Source: Eledone cirrhosa
Lineage: Eukaryota
Assembly: GCA_964016885.1 (NCBI GenBank)
Contig: OZ024745.1
Span: 14,446,001 to 14,510,000, forward strand
Direction: 5' to 3'
DNA length: 64,000 bases
Shown one piece after another: positions 37,101 through 54,854 of the stretch (positions within the stretch are counted from its first letter, which is position 1; every line of letters begins with the position of its first letter). Below the pieces are notes generated by a model. It saw nothing but the letters and a program-made list of their open reading frames with translations, was not told the origin of the DNA and searched no databases. A program made the position numbers and the translations under genes.

Positions 37101-40100
37101 AGTATTATTACCTCCATTAGTATTATTAACACCATTAGTATTATTACCACCATTAGTATTATTATCACAATTAGTATTATTACCACCATTAGTATTATTA
37201 CCACCATTAGTATTATTACCACTATTAGTATTATTACCTCCATTAGTATTATTAACACTATTAGTATTATTACCACTATTAGTATTATTATCACTATTAG
37301 TATTATTATCACTATTAGTATTATTATCACTATTAGTATTATTACCACTATTAGTATTATTACCACTATTAGTATTATTATCACAATTAGTATTATTAAC
37401 ACCATTAGTATTATTACCACCATTAGTATTATTATCACTATTAGTATTATTACCACTATTAGTATTATTACCACCATTAGTATTATTACCACCATTAGTA
37501 TTATTACCTCCATTAGTATTATTAACACCATTAGTATTATTATCACAATTAGTATTATTACCACAATTAGTATTATTACCACCATTAGTATTATTACCAC
37601 CATTAGTATTATTACCACAATTAGTATTATTACCACCATTAGTATTATTACCACCATTAGTATTATTACCACTATTAGTATTATTACCTCCATTAGTATT
37701 ATTATCACTATTAGTATTATTACCACAATTAGTATTATTACCACCATTAGTATTATTACCACCATTAGTATTATTACCACAATTAGTATTATTACCACCA
37801 TTAGTATTATTACCACCATTAGTATTATTACCACTATTAGTATTATTACCTCCATTAGTATTATTACCACTATTAGTATTATTACGACCATTAGTATTAT
37901 TACCACCATTAGTATTATTACCACTATTAGTATTATTACCACCATTAGTATTATTACCACCATTAGTATTATTACCACCATTAGTATTATTACCACCATT
38001 AGTATTATTACCACTATTAGTATTATTATCACTATTAGTATTATTACCACTATTAGTATTATTACCACTATTAGTATTATTACCACTATTAGTATTATTA
38101 CCACCATTAGTATTATTACCATCATTAGTATTATTACCACCATTAGTATTATTACCACCATTAGTATTATTACCACCATTAGTATTATTACCACCATTAG
38201 TATTATTACCACTATTAGTATTATTACCACTATTAGTATTATTACCACCATTAGTATTATTACCACCATTAGTATTATTACCACCATTAGTATTATTACC
38301 ACCATTAGTATTATTACCACCATTAGTATTATTACCACCATTAGTATTATTACCACTATTAGTATTATTACCACTATTAGTATTATTACCACCATTAGTA
38401 TTATTACCACCATTAGTATTATTACCACTATTAGTATTATTACCACCATTAGTATTATTAACACCATTAGTATTATTACCACCATTAGTATTATTAGCTC
38501 CATTAGTATTATTACCACAATTAGTATTATTACCACCATTAGTATTATTAACACCATTAGTATTATTACCTCCATTAGTATTATTAACACCATTAGTATT
38601 ATTAACACCATTAGTATTATTACCACCATTAGTATTATTACCACTATTAGTATTATTACCTCCATTAGTATTATTAACACTATTAGTATTATTACCACTA
38701 TTAGTATTATTATCACTATTAGTATTATTACCACTATTAGTATTATTATCAGTATTAGTATTATTACCACTATTAGTATTATTACCACCATTAGTATTAT
38801 TACCACTATTAGTATTATTACCACTATTAGTATTATTACCACCATTAGTATTATTAACACTATTAGTATTATTACCACTATTAGTATTATTATCACTATT
38901 AGTATTATTACCACTATTAGTATTATTACCACTATTAGTATTATTACCACCATTAGTATTATTACCACTATTAGTATTATTACCTCCATTAGTATTATTA
39001 ACACTATTAGTATTATTACCACTATTAGTATTATTATCACTATTAGTATTATTACCACTATTAGTATTATTACCACTATTAGTATTATTACCACCATTAG
39101 TATTATTACCACTATTAGTATTATTACCTCCATTAGTATTATTAACACTATTAGTATTATTACCACTATTAGTATTATTATCACAATTAGTATTATTACC
39201 ACTATTAGTATTATTACAATTAGTATTATTATCACAATTAGTATTATTACCACTATTAGTATTATTATCACAATTAGTATTATTATCACAATTAGTATTA
39301 TTACCACTATTAGTATTATTACCACCATTAGTATTATTACCACCATTAGTATTATTACCACCATTAGTATTATTACCACCATTAGTATTATTACCTCCAT
39401 TAGTATTATTACCACCATTAGTATTATTACCACCATTAGTATTATTACCACCATTAGTATTATTACCACCATTAGTATTATTACCACCATTAGTATTATT
39501 ACCACCATTAGTATTATTACCACTATTAGTATTATTACCACCATTTGTATTATTACCACCAATAGTATTATTACCACCATTAGTATTATTACCACCATTA
39601 GTATTATTAACACCATTAGTAATATTACCACCATTAGTATTATTATCACAATTAGTATTATTACCACCATTAGTATTATTACCACCATTAGTATTATTAC
39701 CACCATTAGTATTATTACCACCATTAGTATTATTACCACCATTAGTATTATTACCACCATTAGTATTATTACCACTATTAGTATTATTACCACCATTAGT
39801 ATTATTACCACCATTAGTATTATTACCACTAGTATTATTACCACCATTAGTATTATTACCACCATTAGTATTATTACCACTATTAGTATTATTACCTCCA
39901 TTAGTATTATTAACACCATTAGTATTATTACCACCATTAGTATTATTACCACCATTAGTATTATTACCACCATTAGTATTATTACCACTATTAGTATTAT
40001 TACCACCATTAGTATTATTACCACCATTAGTATTATTACCACTATTAGTATTATTACCACCATTAGTATTATTACCACTATTAGTATTATTACCACCATT

Positions 40101-43100
40101 AGTATTATTACCACTATTAGTATTATTACCACCATTAGTATTATTACCACCATTAGTATTATTACCACCATTAGTATTATTACCACTATTAGTATTATTA
40201 CCACCATTAGTATTATTACCACTATTAGTATTATTATCACTATTAGTATTATTACCACCATTAGTATTATTACCACCATTAGTATTATTACCACCATTAG
40301 TATTATTACCACCATTAGTATTATTACCACCATTAGTATTATTACCACCATTAGTATTATTACCACTATTAGTATTATTACCACCATTAGTATTATTACC
40401 ACCAATAGTATTATTAACACCATTTGTATTATTACCACCATTAGTATTATTATCACAATTAGTATTATTATCACAATTAGTATTATTACCACTATTAGTA
40501 TTATTACCACCATTAGTATTATTATCACAATTAGTATTATTACCACCATTAGTATTATTATCACAATTAGTATTATTATCACAATTAGTATTATTACCAC
40601 TATTAGTATTATTACCACCATTAGTATTATTAACACCATTAGTATTATTACCACCATTAGTATTATTATCACAATTAGTATTATTATCACAATTAGTATT
40701 ATTACCACTATTAGTATTATTACCACCATTAGTATTATTATCACAATTAGTATTATTACCACTATTAGTATTATTACAATTAGTATTATTATCACAATTA
40801 GTATTATTACCACTATTAGTATTATTATCACAATTAGTATTATTATCACAATTAGTATTATTACCACTATTAGTATTATTATCTCCATTAGTATTATTAA
40901 CACCATTAGTATTATTAACACCATTAGTATTATTACCACCATTAGTATTATTACCACTATTAGTATTATTACCTCCATTAGTATTATTACCACAATTAGT
41001 ATTATTACCACCATTAGTATTATTACCACTATTAGTATTATTACCTCCATTAGTATTATTACCACTATTAGTATTATTACCACCATTAGTATTATTAACA
41101 CCATTAGTATTATTACCTCCATTAGTATTATTACCACCATTAGTATTATTACCACCATTAGTATTATTACCACCATTAGTATTATTACCACAATTAGTAT
41201 TATTACCTCCATTAGTATTATTAACACCATTAGTATTATTACCACCATTAGTATTATTACCACCATTAGTATTATTACCACAATTAGTATTATTACCTCC
41301 ATTAGTATTATTAACACCATTAGTATTATTAACACCATTAGTATTATTACCACCATTAGTATTATTACCTCCATTAGTATTATTAACACCATTAGTATTA
41401 TTACCACCATTAGTATTATTACCACCATTAGTATTATTACCACTATTAGTATTATTACCTCCATTAGTATTATTACCACTATTAGTATTATTACCACCAT
41501 TAGTATTATTAACACCATTAGTATTATTACCTCCATTAGTATTATTACCACCATTAGTATTATTACCACCATTAGTATTATTACCACCATTAGTATTATT
41601 ACCACAATTAGTAATATTACCTCCATTAGTATTATTAACACCATTAGTATTATTACCACCATTAGTATTATTACCACCATTAGTATTATTACCACAATTA
41701 GTATTATTACCTCCATTAGTATTATTAACACCATTAGTATTATTAACACCATTAGTATTATTACCACCATTAGTATTATTACCTCCATTAGTATTATTAA
41801 CACCATTAGTATTATTATCACAATTAGTATTATTACCTCCATTAGTATTATTATCACAATTAGTATTATTACCACCATTAGTATTATTACCACCATTAGT
41901 ATTATTACCACTATTAGTATTATTACCTCCATTAGTATTATTAACACCATTAGTATTATTAACACCATTAGTATTATTACCACCATTAGTATTATTACCT
42001 CCATTAGTATTATTAACACCATTAGTATTATTACCACCATTAGTATTATTATCACAATTAGTATTATTACCACCATTAGTATTATTACCACCATTAGTAT
42101 TATTACCACTATTAGTATTATTACCTCCATTAGTATTATTAACACTATTAGTATTATTACCACTATTAGTATTATTATCACTATTAGTATTATTATCACT
42201 ATTAGTATTATTATCACTATTAGTATTATTACCACTATTAGTATTATTACCACTATTAGTATTATTATCACAATTAGTATTATTAACACCATTAGTATTA
42301 TTACCACCATTAGTATTATTATCACTATTAGTATTATTACCACTATTAGTATTATTACCACCATTAGTATTATTACCACCATTAGTATTATTACCTCCAT
42401 TAGTATTATTAACACCATTAGTATTATTATCACAATTAGTATTATTACCACAATTAGTATTATTACCACCATTAGTATTATTACCACCATTAGTATTATT
42501 ACCACAATTAGTATTATTACCACCATTAGTATTATTACCACCATTAGTATTATTACCACTATTAGTATTATTACCTCCATTAGTATTATTATCACTATTA
42601 GTATTATTACCACAATTAGTATTATTACCACCATTAGTATTATTACCACCATTAGTATTATTACCACAATTAGTATTATTACCACCATTAGTATTATTAC
42701 CACCATTAGTATTATTACCACTATTAGTATTATTACCTCCATTAGTATTATTACCACTATTAGTATTATTACGACCATTAGTATTATTACCACCATTAGT
42801 ATTATTACCACTATTAGTATTATTACCACCATTAGTATTATTACCACCATTAGTATTATTACCACCATTAGTATTATTACCACCATTAGTATTATTACCA
42901 CTATTAGTATTATTATCACTATTAGTATTATTACCACTATTAGTATTATTACCACTATTAGTATTATTACCACTATTAGTATTATTACCACCATTAGTAT
43001 TATTACCATCATTAGTATTATTACCACCATTAGTATTATTACCACCATTAGTATTATTACCACCATTAGTATTATTACCACCATTAGTATTATTACCACT

Positions 43101-46100
43101 ATTAGTATTATTACCACTATTAGTATTATTACCACCATTAGTATTATTACCACCATTAGTATTATTACCACCATTAGTATTATTACCACCATTAGTATTA
43201 TTACCACCATTAGTATTATTACCACCATTAGTATTATTACCACTATTAGTATTATTACCACTATTAGTATTATTACCACCATTAGTATTATTACCACCAT
43301 TAGTATTATTACCACTATTAGTATTATTACCACCATTAGTATTATTAACACCATTAGTATTATTACCACCATTAGTATTATTAGCTCCATTAGTATTATT
43401 ACCACAATTAGTATTATTACCACCATTAGTATTATTAACACCATTAGTATTATTACCTCCATTAGTATTATTAACACCATTAGTATTATTAACACCATTA
43501 GTATTATTACCACCATTAGTATTATTACCACTATTAGTATTATTACCTCCATTAGTATTATTAACACTATTAGTATTATTACCACTATTAGTATTATTAT
43601 CACTATTAGTATTATTACCACTATTAGTATTATTATCAGTATTAGTATTATTACCACTATTAGTATTATTACCACCATTAGTATTATTACCACTATTAGT
43701 ATTATTACCACTATTAGTATTATTACCACCATTAGTATTATTAACACTATTAGTATTATTACCACTATTAGTATTATTATCACTATTAGTATTATTACCA
43801 CTATTAGTATTATTACCACTATTAGTATTATTACCACCATTAGTATTATTACCACTATTAGTATTATTACCTCCATTAGTATTATTAACACTATTAGTAT
43901 TATTACCACTATTAGTATTATTATCACTATTAGTATTATTACCACTATTAGTATTATTACCACTATTAGTATTATTACCACCATTAGTATTATTACCACT
44001 ATTAGTATTATTACCTCCATTAGTATTATTAACACTATTAGTATTATTACCACTATTAGTATTATTATCACAATTAGTATTATTACCACTATTAGTATTA
44101 TTACAATTAGTATTATTATCACAATTAGTATTATTACCACTATTAGTATTATTATCACAATTAGTATTATTATCACAATTAGTATTATTACCACTATTAG
44201 TATTATTACCACCATTAGTATTATTACCACCATTAGTATTATTACCACCATTAGTATTATTACCACCATTAGTATTATTACCTCCATTAGTATTATTACC
44301 ACCATTAGTATTATTACCACCATTAGTATTATTACCACCATTAGTATTATTACCACCATTAGTATTATTACCACCATTAGTATTATTACCACCATTAGTA
44401 TTATTACCACTATTAGTATTATTACCACCATTTGTATTATTACCACCAATAGTATTATTACCACCATTAGTATTATTACCACCATTAGTATTATTAACAC
44501 CATTAGTAATATTACCACCATTAGTATTATTATCACAATTAGTATTATTACCACCATTAGTATTATTACCACCATTAGTATTATTACCACCATTAGTATT
44601 ATTACCACCATTAGTATTATTACCACCATTAGTATTATTACCACCATTAGTATTATTACCACTATTAGTATTATTACCACCATTAGTATTATTACCACCA
44701 TTAGTATTATTACCACTATTAGTATTATTACCACCATTAGTATTATTACCACCATTAGTATTATTACCACTATTAGTATTATTACCTCCATTAGTATTAT
44801 TAACACCATTAGTATTATTACCACCATTAGTATTATTACCACCATTAGTATTATTACCACCATTAGTATTATTACCACTATTAGTATTATTACCACCATT
44901 AGTATTATTACCACCATTAGTATTATTACCACTATTAGTATTATTACCACCATTAGTATTATTACCACTATTAGTATTATTACCACCATTAGTATTATTA
45001 CCACTATTAGTATTATTACCACCATTAGTATTATTACCACCATTAGTATTATTACCACCATTAGTATTATTACCACTATTAGTATTATTACCACCATTAG
45101 TATTATTACCACTATTAGTATTATTATCACTATTAGTATTATTACCACCATTAGTATTATTACCACCATTAGTATTATTACCACCATTAGTATTATTACC
45201 ACCATTAGTATTATTACCACCATTAGTATTATTACCACCATTAGTATTATTACCACTATTAGTATTATTACCACCATTAGTATTATTACCACCAATAGTA
45301 TTATTAACACCATTTGTATTATTACCACCATTAGTATTATTATCACAATTAGTATTATTATCACAATTAGTATTATTACCACTATTAGTATTATTACCAC
45401 CATTAGTATTATTATCACAATTAGTATTATTACCACCATTAGTATTATTATCACAATTAGTATTATTATCACAATTAGTATTATTACCACTATTAGTATT
45501 ATTACCACCATTAGTATTATTAACACCATTAGTATTATTACCACCATTAGTATTATTATCACAATTAGTATTATTATCACAATTAGTATTATTACCACTA
45601 TTAGTATTATTACCACCATTAGTATTATTATCACAATTAGTATTATTACCACTATTAGTATTATTACAATTAGTATTATTATCACAATTAGTATTATTAC
45701 CACTATTAGTATTATTATCACAATTAGTATTATTATCACAATTAGTATTATTACCACTATTAGTATTATTATCTCCATTAGTATTATTAACACCATTAGT
45801 ATTATTAACACCATTAGTATTATTACCACCATTAGTATTATTACCACTATTAGTATTATTACCTCCATTAGTATTATTACCACAATTAGTATTATTACCA
45901 CCATTAGTATTATTACCACTATTAGTATTATTACCTCCATTAGTATTATTACCACTATTAGTATTATTACCACCATTAGTATTATTAACACCATTAGTAT
46001 TATTACCTCCATTAGTATTATTACCACCATTAGTATTATTACCACCATTAGTATTATTACCACCATTAGTATTATTACCACAATTAGTATTATTACCTCC

Positions 46101-49100
46101 ATTAGTATTATTAACACCATTAGTATTATTACCACCATTAGTATTATTACCACCATTAGTATTATTACCACAATTAGTATTATTACCTCCATTAGTATTA
46201 TTAACACCATTAGTATTATTAACACCATTAGTATTATTACCACCATTAGTATTATTACCTCCATTAGTATTATTAACACCATTAGTATTATTATCACAAT
46301 TAGTATTATTACCTCCATTAGTATTATTATCACAATTAGTATTATTACCACCATTAGTATTATTACCACCATTAGTATTATTACCACTATTAGTATTATT
46401 ACCTCCATTAGTATTATTAACACCATTAGTATTTTTAACACCATTAGTATTATTACCACCATTAGTATTATTACCTCCATTAGTATTATTAACACCATTA
46501 GTATTATTACCACCATTAGTATTATTATCACAATTAGTATTATTACCACCATTAGTATTATTACCACCATTAGTATTATTACCACTATTAGTATTATTAC
46601 CACCATTAGTATTATTAACACTATTAGTATTATTACCACTATTAGTATTATTACCTCCATTAGTATTATTAACACCATTAGTATTATTACCACCATTAGT
46701 ATTATTACCACTATTAGTATTATTACCACCATTAGTATTATTACCACCATTAGTATTATTACCACCATTAGTATTATTACCACTATTAGTATTATTACCA
46801 CCATTAGTATTATTACCACTATTAGTATTATTATCACTATTAGTATTATTACCACCATTAGTATTATTACCACCATTAGTATTATTACCACCATTAGTAT
46901 TATTACCACCATTAGTATTATTACCACCATTAGTATTATTACCACCATTAGTATTATTACCACTATTAGTATTATTACCACCATTAGTATTATTACCACC
47001 AATAGTATTATTAACACCATTTGTATTATTACCACCATTAGTATTATTATCACAATTAGTATTATTATCACAATTAGTATTATTACCACTATTAGTATTA
47101 TTACCACCATTAGTATTATTATCACAATTAGTATTATTACCACTATTAGTATTATTACAATTAGTATTATTATCACAATTAGTATTATTACCACTATTAG
47201 TATTATTATCACAATTAGTATTATTATCACAATTAGTATTATTACCACTATTAGTATTATTACCACCATTAGTATTATTACCACCATTAGTATTATTACC
47301 TCCATTAGTATTATTAACACCATTAGTATTATTAACACCATTAGTATTATTACCACCATTAGTATTATTACCACTATTAGTATTATTACCTCCATTAGTA
47401 TTATTACCACAATTAGTATTATTACCACCATTAGTATTATTACCACTATTAGTATTATTACCTCCATTAGTATTATTACCACTATTAGTATTATTACCAC
47501 CATTAGTATTATTAACACCATTAGTATTATTACCTCCATTAGTATTATTACCACCATTAGTATTATTACCACCATTAGTATTATTACCACCATTAGTATT
47601 ATTACCACAATTAGTATTATTACCTCCATTAGTATTATTAACACCATTAGTATTATTACCACCATTAGTATTATTACCACCATTAGTATTATTACCACAA
47701 TTAGTATTATTACCTCCATTAGTATTATTAACACCATTAGTATTATTAACACCATTAGTATTATTACCACCATTAGTATTATTACCTCCATTAGTATTAT
47801 TAACACCATTAGTATTATTATCACAATTAGTATTATTACCTCCATTAGTATTATTATCACAATTAGTATTATTACCACCATTAGTATTATTACCACCATT
47901 AGTATTATTACCACTATTAGTATTATTACCTCCATTAGTATTATTAACACCATTAGTATTATTAACACCATTAGTATTATTACCACCATTAGTATTATTA
48001 CCTCCATTAGTATTATTAACACCATTAGTATTATTACCACCATTAGTATTATTATCACAATTAGTATTATTACCACCATTAGTATTATTACCACCATTAG
48101 TATTATTACCACTATTAGTATTATTACCTCCATTAGTATTATTAACACTATTAGTATTATTACCACTATTAGTATTATTATCACTATTAGTATTATTATC
48201 ACTATTAGTATTATTATCACTATTAGTATTATTACCACTATTAGTATTATTACCACTATTAGTATTATTATCACAATTAGTATTATTAACACCATTAGTA
48301 TTATTACCACCATTAGTATTATTATCACTATTAGTATTATTACCACTATTAGTATTATTACCACCATTAGTATTATTACCACCATTAGTATTATTACCTC
48401 CATTAGTATTATTAACACCATTAGTATTATTATCACAATTAGTATTATTACCACAATTAGTATTATTACCACCATTAGTATTATTACCACCATTAGTATT
48501 ATTACCACAATTAGTATTATTACCACCATTAGTATTATTACCACCATTAGTATTATTACCACTATTAGTATTATTACCTCCATTAGTATTATTATCACTA
48601 TTAGTATTATTACCACAATTAGTATTATTACCACCATTAGTATTATTACCACCATTAGTATTATTACCACAATTAGTATTATTACCACCATTAGTATTAT
48701 TACCACCATTAGTATTATTACCACTATTAGTATTATTACCTCCATTAGTATTATTACCACTATTAGTATTATTACGACCATTAGTATTATTACCACCATT
48801 AGTATTATTACCACTATTAGTATTATTACCACCATTAGTATTATTACCACCATTAGTATTATTACCACCATTAGTATTATTACCACCATTAGTATTATTA
48901 CCACTATTAGTATTATTATCACTATTAGTATTATTACCACTATTAGTATTATTACCACTATTAGTATTATTACCACTATTAGTATTATTACCACCATTAG
49001 TATTATTACCACCATTAGTATTATTACCACCATTAGTATTATTACCACCATTAGTATTATTACCACCATTAGTATTATTACCACCATTAGTATTATTACC

Positions 49101-52100
49101 ACTATTAGTATTATTACCACTATTAGTATTATTACCACCATTAGTATTATTACCACCATTAGTATTATTACCACTATTAGTATTATTACCACCATTAGTA
49201 TTATTAACACCATTAGTATTATTACCACCATTAGTATTATTAGCTCCATTAGTATTATTACCACAATTAGTATTATTACCACCATTAGTATTATTAACAC
49301 CATTAGTATTATTACCTCCATTAGTATTATTAACACCATTAGTATTATTAACACCATTAGTATTATTACCACCATTAGTATTATTACCACTATTAGTATT
49401 ATTACCTCCATTAGTATTATTAACACTATTAGTATTATTACCACTATTAGTATTATTATCACTATTAGTATTATTACCACTATTAGTATTATTATCAGTA
49501 TTAGTATTATTACCACTATTAGTATTATTACCACCATTAGTATTATTACCACTATTAGTATTATTACCACTATTAGTATTATTACCACCATTAGTATTAT
49601 TAACACTATTAGTATTATTACCACTATTAGTATTATTATCACTATTAGTATTATTACCACTATTAGTATTATTACCACTATTAGTATTATTACCACCATT
49701 AGTATTATTACCACTATTAGTATTATTACCTCCATTAGTATTATTAACACTATTAGTATTATTACCACTATTAGTATTATTATCACTATTAGTATTATTA
49801 CCACTATTAGTATTATTACCACTATTAGTATTATTACCACCATTAGTATTATTACCACTATTAGTATTATTACCTCCATTAGTATTATTAACACTATTAG
49901 TATTATTACCACTATTAGTATTATTATCACAATTAGTATTATTATCACTATTAGTATTATTACCACCATTAGTATTATTATCACAATTAGTATTATTACC
50001 ACTATTAATATTATTATCACAATTAGTATTATTATCACAATTAGTATTATTACCACTATTAGTATTATTACCACCATTAGTATTATTACCACCATTAGTA
50101 TTATTACCTCCATTAGTATTATTAACACCATTAGTATTATTAACACCATTAGTATTATTACCACCATTAGTATTATTACCACTATTAGTATTATTACCTC
50201 CATTAGTATTATTACCACAATTAGTATTATTACCACCATTAGTATTATTACCACTATTAGTATTATTACCTCCATTAGTATTATTACCACTATTAGTATT
50301 ATTACCACCATTAGTATTATTAACACCATTAGTATTATTACCTCCATTAGTATTATTACCACCATTAGTATTATTACCACCATTAGTATTATTACCACCA
50401 TTAGTATTATTACCACAATTAGTATTATTACCTCCATTAGTATTATTAACACCATTAGTATTATTACCACCATTAGTATTATTACCACCATTAGTATTAT
50501 TACCACAATTAGTATTATTACCTCCATTAGTATTATTAACACCATTAGTATTATTAACACCATTAGTATTATTACCACCATTAGTATTATTACCTCCATT
50601 AGTATTATTAACACCATTAGTATTATTATCACAATTAGTATTATTACCTCCATTAGTATTATTATCACAATTAGTATTATTACCACCATTAGTATTATTA
50701 CCACCATTAGTATTATTACCACTATTAGTATTATTACCTCCATTAGTATTATTAACACCATTAGTATTATTAACACCATTAGTATTATTACCACCATTAG
50801 TATTATTACCTCCATTAGTATTATTAACACCATTAGTATTATTACCACCATTAGTATTATTATCACAATTAGTATTATTACCACCATTAGTATTATTACC
50901 ACCATTAGTATTATTACCACTATTAGTATTATTACCTCCATTAGTATTATTAACACTATTAGTATTATTACCACTATTAGTATTATTATCACTATTAGTA
51001 TTATTATCACTATTAGTATTATTATCACTATTAGTATTATTACCACTATTAGTATTATTACCACTATTAGTATTATTATCACAATTAGTATTATTAACAC
51101 CATTAGTATTATTACCACCATTAGTATTATTATCACTATTAGTATTATTACCACTATTAGTATTATTACCACCATTAGTATTATTACCACCATTAGTATT
51201 ATTACCTCCATTAGTATTATTAACACCATTAGTATTATTATCACAATTAGTATTATTACCACAATTAGTATTATTACCACCATTAGTATTATTACCACCA
51301 TTAGTATTATTACCACAATTAGTATTATTACCACCATTAGTATTATTACCACCATTAGTATTATTACCACTATTAGTATTATTACCTCCATTAGTATTAT
51401 TATCACTATTAGTATTATTACCACAATTAGTATTATTACCACCATTAGTATTATTACCACCATTAGTATTATTACCACAATTAGTATTATTACCACCATT
51501 AGTATTATTACCACCATTAGTATTATTACCACTATTAGTATTATTACCACAATTAGTATTATTACCACCATTAGTATTATTACCACCATTAGTATTATTA
51601 CCACCATTAGTATTATTACCACCATTAGTATTATTACCACTATTAGTATTATTACCACCATTAGTATTATTACCACCATTAGTATTATTACCTCCATTAG
51701 TATTATTAACACCATTAGTATTATTATCACAATTAGTATTATTACCACAATTAGTATTATTACCACCATTAGTATTATTACCACCATTAGTATTATTACC
51801 ACCATTAGTATTATTACCACCATTAGTATTATTACCACCATTAGTATTATTACCACTATTAGTATTATTATCACTATTAGTATTATTACCACTATTAGTA
51901 TTATTACCACTATTAGTATTATTACCACTATTAGTATTATTACCACCATTAGTATTATTACCACCATTAGTATTATTACCACCATTAGTATTATTACCAC
52001 CATTAGTATTATTACCACCATTAGTATTATTACCACCATTAGTATTATTACCACTATTAGTATTATTACCACTATTAGTATTATTACCACCATTAGTATT

Positions 52101-54522
52101 ATTACCACCATTAGTATTATTACCACTATTAGTATTATTACCACCATTAGTATTATTAACACCATTAGTATTATTACCACCATTAGTATTATTAGCTCCA
52201 TTAGTATTATTACCACAATTAGTATTATTACCACCATTAGTATTATTAACACCATTAGTATTATTACCTCCATTAGTATTATTAACACCATTAGTATTAT
52301 TAACACCATTAGTATTATTACCACCATTAGTATTATTACCACTATTAGTATTATTACCTCCATTAGTATTATTAACACTATTAGTATTATTACCACTATT
52401 AGTATTATTATCACTATTAGTATTATTACCACTATTAGTATCATTATCAGTATTAGTATTATTACCACTATTAGTATTATTACCACCATTAGTATTATTA
52501 CCACTATTAGTATTATTACCACTATTAGTATTATTACCACCATTAGTATTATTAACACTATTAGTATTATTACCACTATTAGTATTATTATCACTATTAG
52601 TATTATTACCACTATTAGTATTATTACCACTATTAGTATTATTACCACCATTAGTATTATTACCACTATTAGTATTATTACCTCCATTAGTATTATTAAC
52701 ACTATTAGTATTATTACCACTATTAGTATTATTATCACTATTAGTATTATTACCACTATTAGTATTATTATCACTATTAGTATTATTACCACCATTAGTA
52801 TTATTACCACCATTAGTATTATTATCACTATTAGTATTATTACCACTATTAGTATTATTATCACTATTAGTATTATTACCACTATTAGTATTATTACCAC
52901 TATTAGTATTATTATCACAATTAGTATTATTAACACCATTAGTATTATTACCACCATTAGTATTATTACCACCATTAGTATTATTACCTCCATTAGTATT
53001 ATTAACACCATTAGTATTATTAACACCATTAGTATTATTATCACAATTAGTATTATTACCACAATTAGTATTATTACCACCATTAGTAATATTACCACCA
53101 TTAGTATTATTACCACCATTAGTATTATTACCACCATTAGTATTATTACCACCATTAGTATTATTACCACCATTAGTATTATTACCACCATTAGTAATAT
53201 TACCACCATTAGTATTATTACCACTATTAGTATTATTACCACCATTAGTATTATTACCACCATTAGTATTATTAACACCATTAGTAATATTACCACCATT
53301 AGTATTATTACCACCATTAGTATTATTACCACCATTAGTATTATTACCACCATTAGTATTATTACCACCATTAGTATTATTACCACCATTAGTATTATTA
53401 CCACTATTAGTATTATTACCACTATTAGTATTATTACCACCATTAGTATTATTACCACCATTAGTATTATTACCACCATTAGTATTATTACCACCATTAG
53501 TATTATTACCACTATTAGTATTATTACCACTATTAGTATTATTACCACTATTAGTATTATTACCACCATTAGTATTATTACCACTATTAGTATTATTACC
53601 ACCATTAGTATTATTACCACTATTAGTATTATTACCACTATTAGTATTATTACCACCATTAGTATTATTACCACCATTAGTATTATTACCACCATTAGTA
53701 TTATTACCACTATTAGTATTATTATCACTATTAATATTATTACCACTATTAGTATTATTACCACTATTAGTATTATTACCACCATTAGTATTATTACCAC
53801 TATTAGTATTATTATCACAATTAGTATTATTACTACCATTAGTATTATTACCACTATTAGTATTATTACCACCATTAGTATTATTACCACTATTAGTATT
53901 ATTATCACTATTAGTATTATTATCACAATTAGTATTATTACTACCATTAGTATTATTACCACCATTAGTATTATTACCTCCATTAGTATTATTAACACCA
54001 TTAGTATTATTAACACCATTAGTATTATTACCATTATTAGTATTATTATCACAATTAGTATTATTACCTCCATTAGTATTATTAACACCATTAGTATTAT
54101 TACCACTATTAGTATTATTACCACCATTAGTATTATTAACACCATTAGTATTATTATCACAATTAGTATCATTACCACCATTAGTATTATTACCACCATT
54201 AGTATTATTATCACAATTAGTATTATTACCACTATTAGTATTATTACCACCATTAGTATTATTATCACAATTAGTATTATTACCACTATTAGTATTATCA
54301 CAATTAGTATTATTATCACAATTAGTATTATTACCACTATTAGTATTATTATCACAATTAGTATTATTACCACTATTAGTATTATCACAATTAGTATTAT
54401 TACCACTATTAGTATTATTATCACAATTAGTATTATTACCACCATTAGTATTATTACCACCATTAGTATTATTACCTCCATTAGTATTATTACCTCTATT
54501 AGTATTATTATCACTATTAGTA
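34149..54522. repeat. 18-bp satellite (ATTAGTATTATTACCACC)n, ~20.4 kb, roughly 1130 units, with higher-order structure
   Basis: Read directly. Variation is concentrated in the ACCACC hexamer (ACCACT, ACCACA, ACCTCC, AACACC, ATCACA, ATCACT). Rare 15-bp units occur. Confidence 0.98.
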
Positions 54523-54854
54523 CTGAGGTGGGAGAGGGATTGCAAAAGGTCGCAAGAAGGCATAAACGCAGAAGCAGCGCATCGTCGCCTTCGAAAAGGA
54601 AGGAGAGAAACGAAAAAAGGGTAAAGGCTACTACAAAAAGAGTTACAGCAGCAACATTACCAAAACCACCACCACCCACACTAGCACCACCATCACCACC
54701 GGCGGCAACCCCACTGCCAACAACAACAACACCTTCAACACCACCACCACAAGCACCAACATCGCAAACACAACAAAACACACACACCCAGCAACAACGA
54801 CAAGAAAATAGCAGAACCACACCCACCCCCAGAAAAACAAATGCACAGCAATAA
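54523..54854 (+). pseudogene. Putative ORF1 C-terminal remnant, in frame with the satellite's ISIITT frame
   Basis: EVGEGLQKVARRHKRRSSASSPSKRKERNEKRVK...PKPPPPTLAPPSPP: a basic, low-complexity tract upstream of ORF2. Confidence 0.55.
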
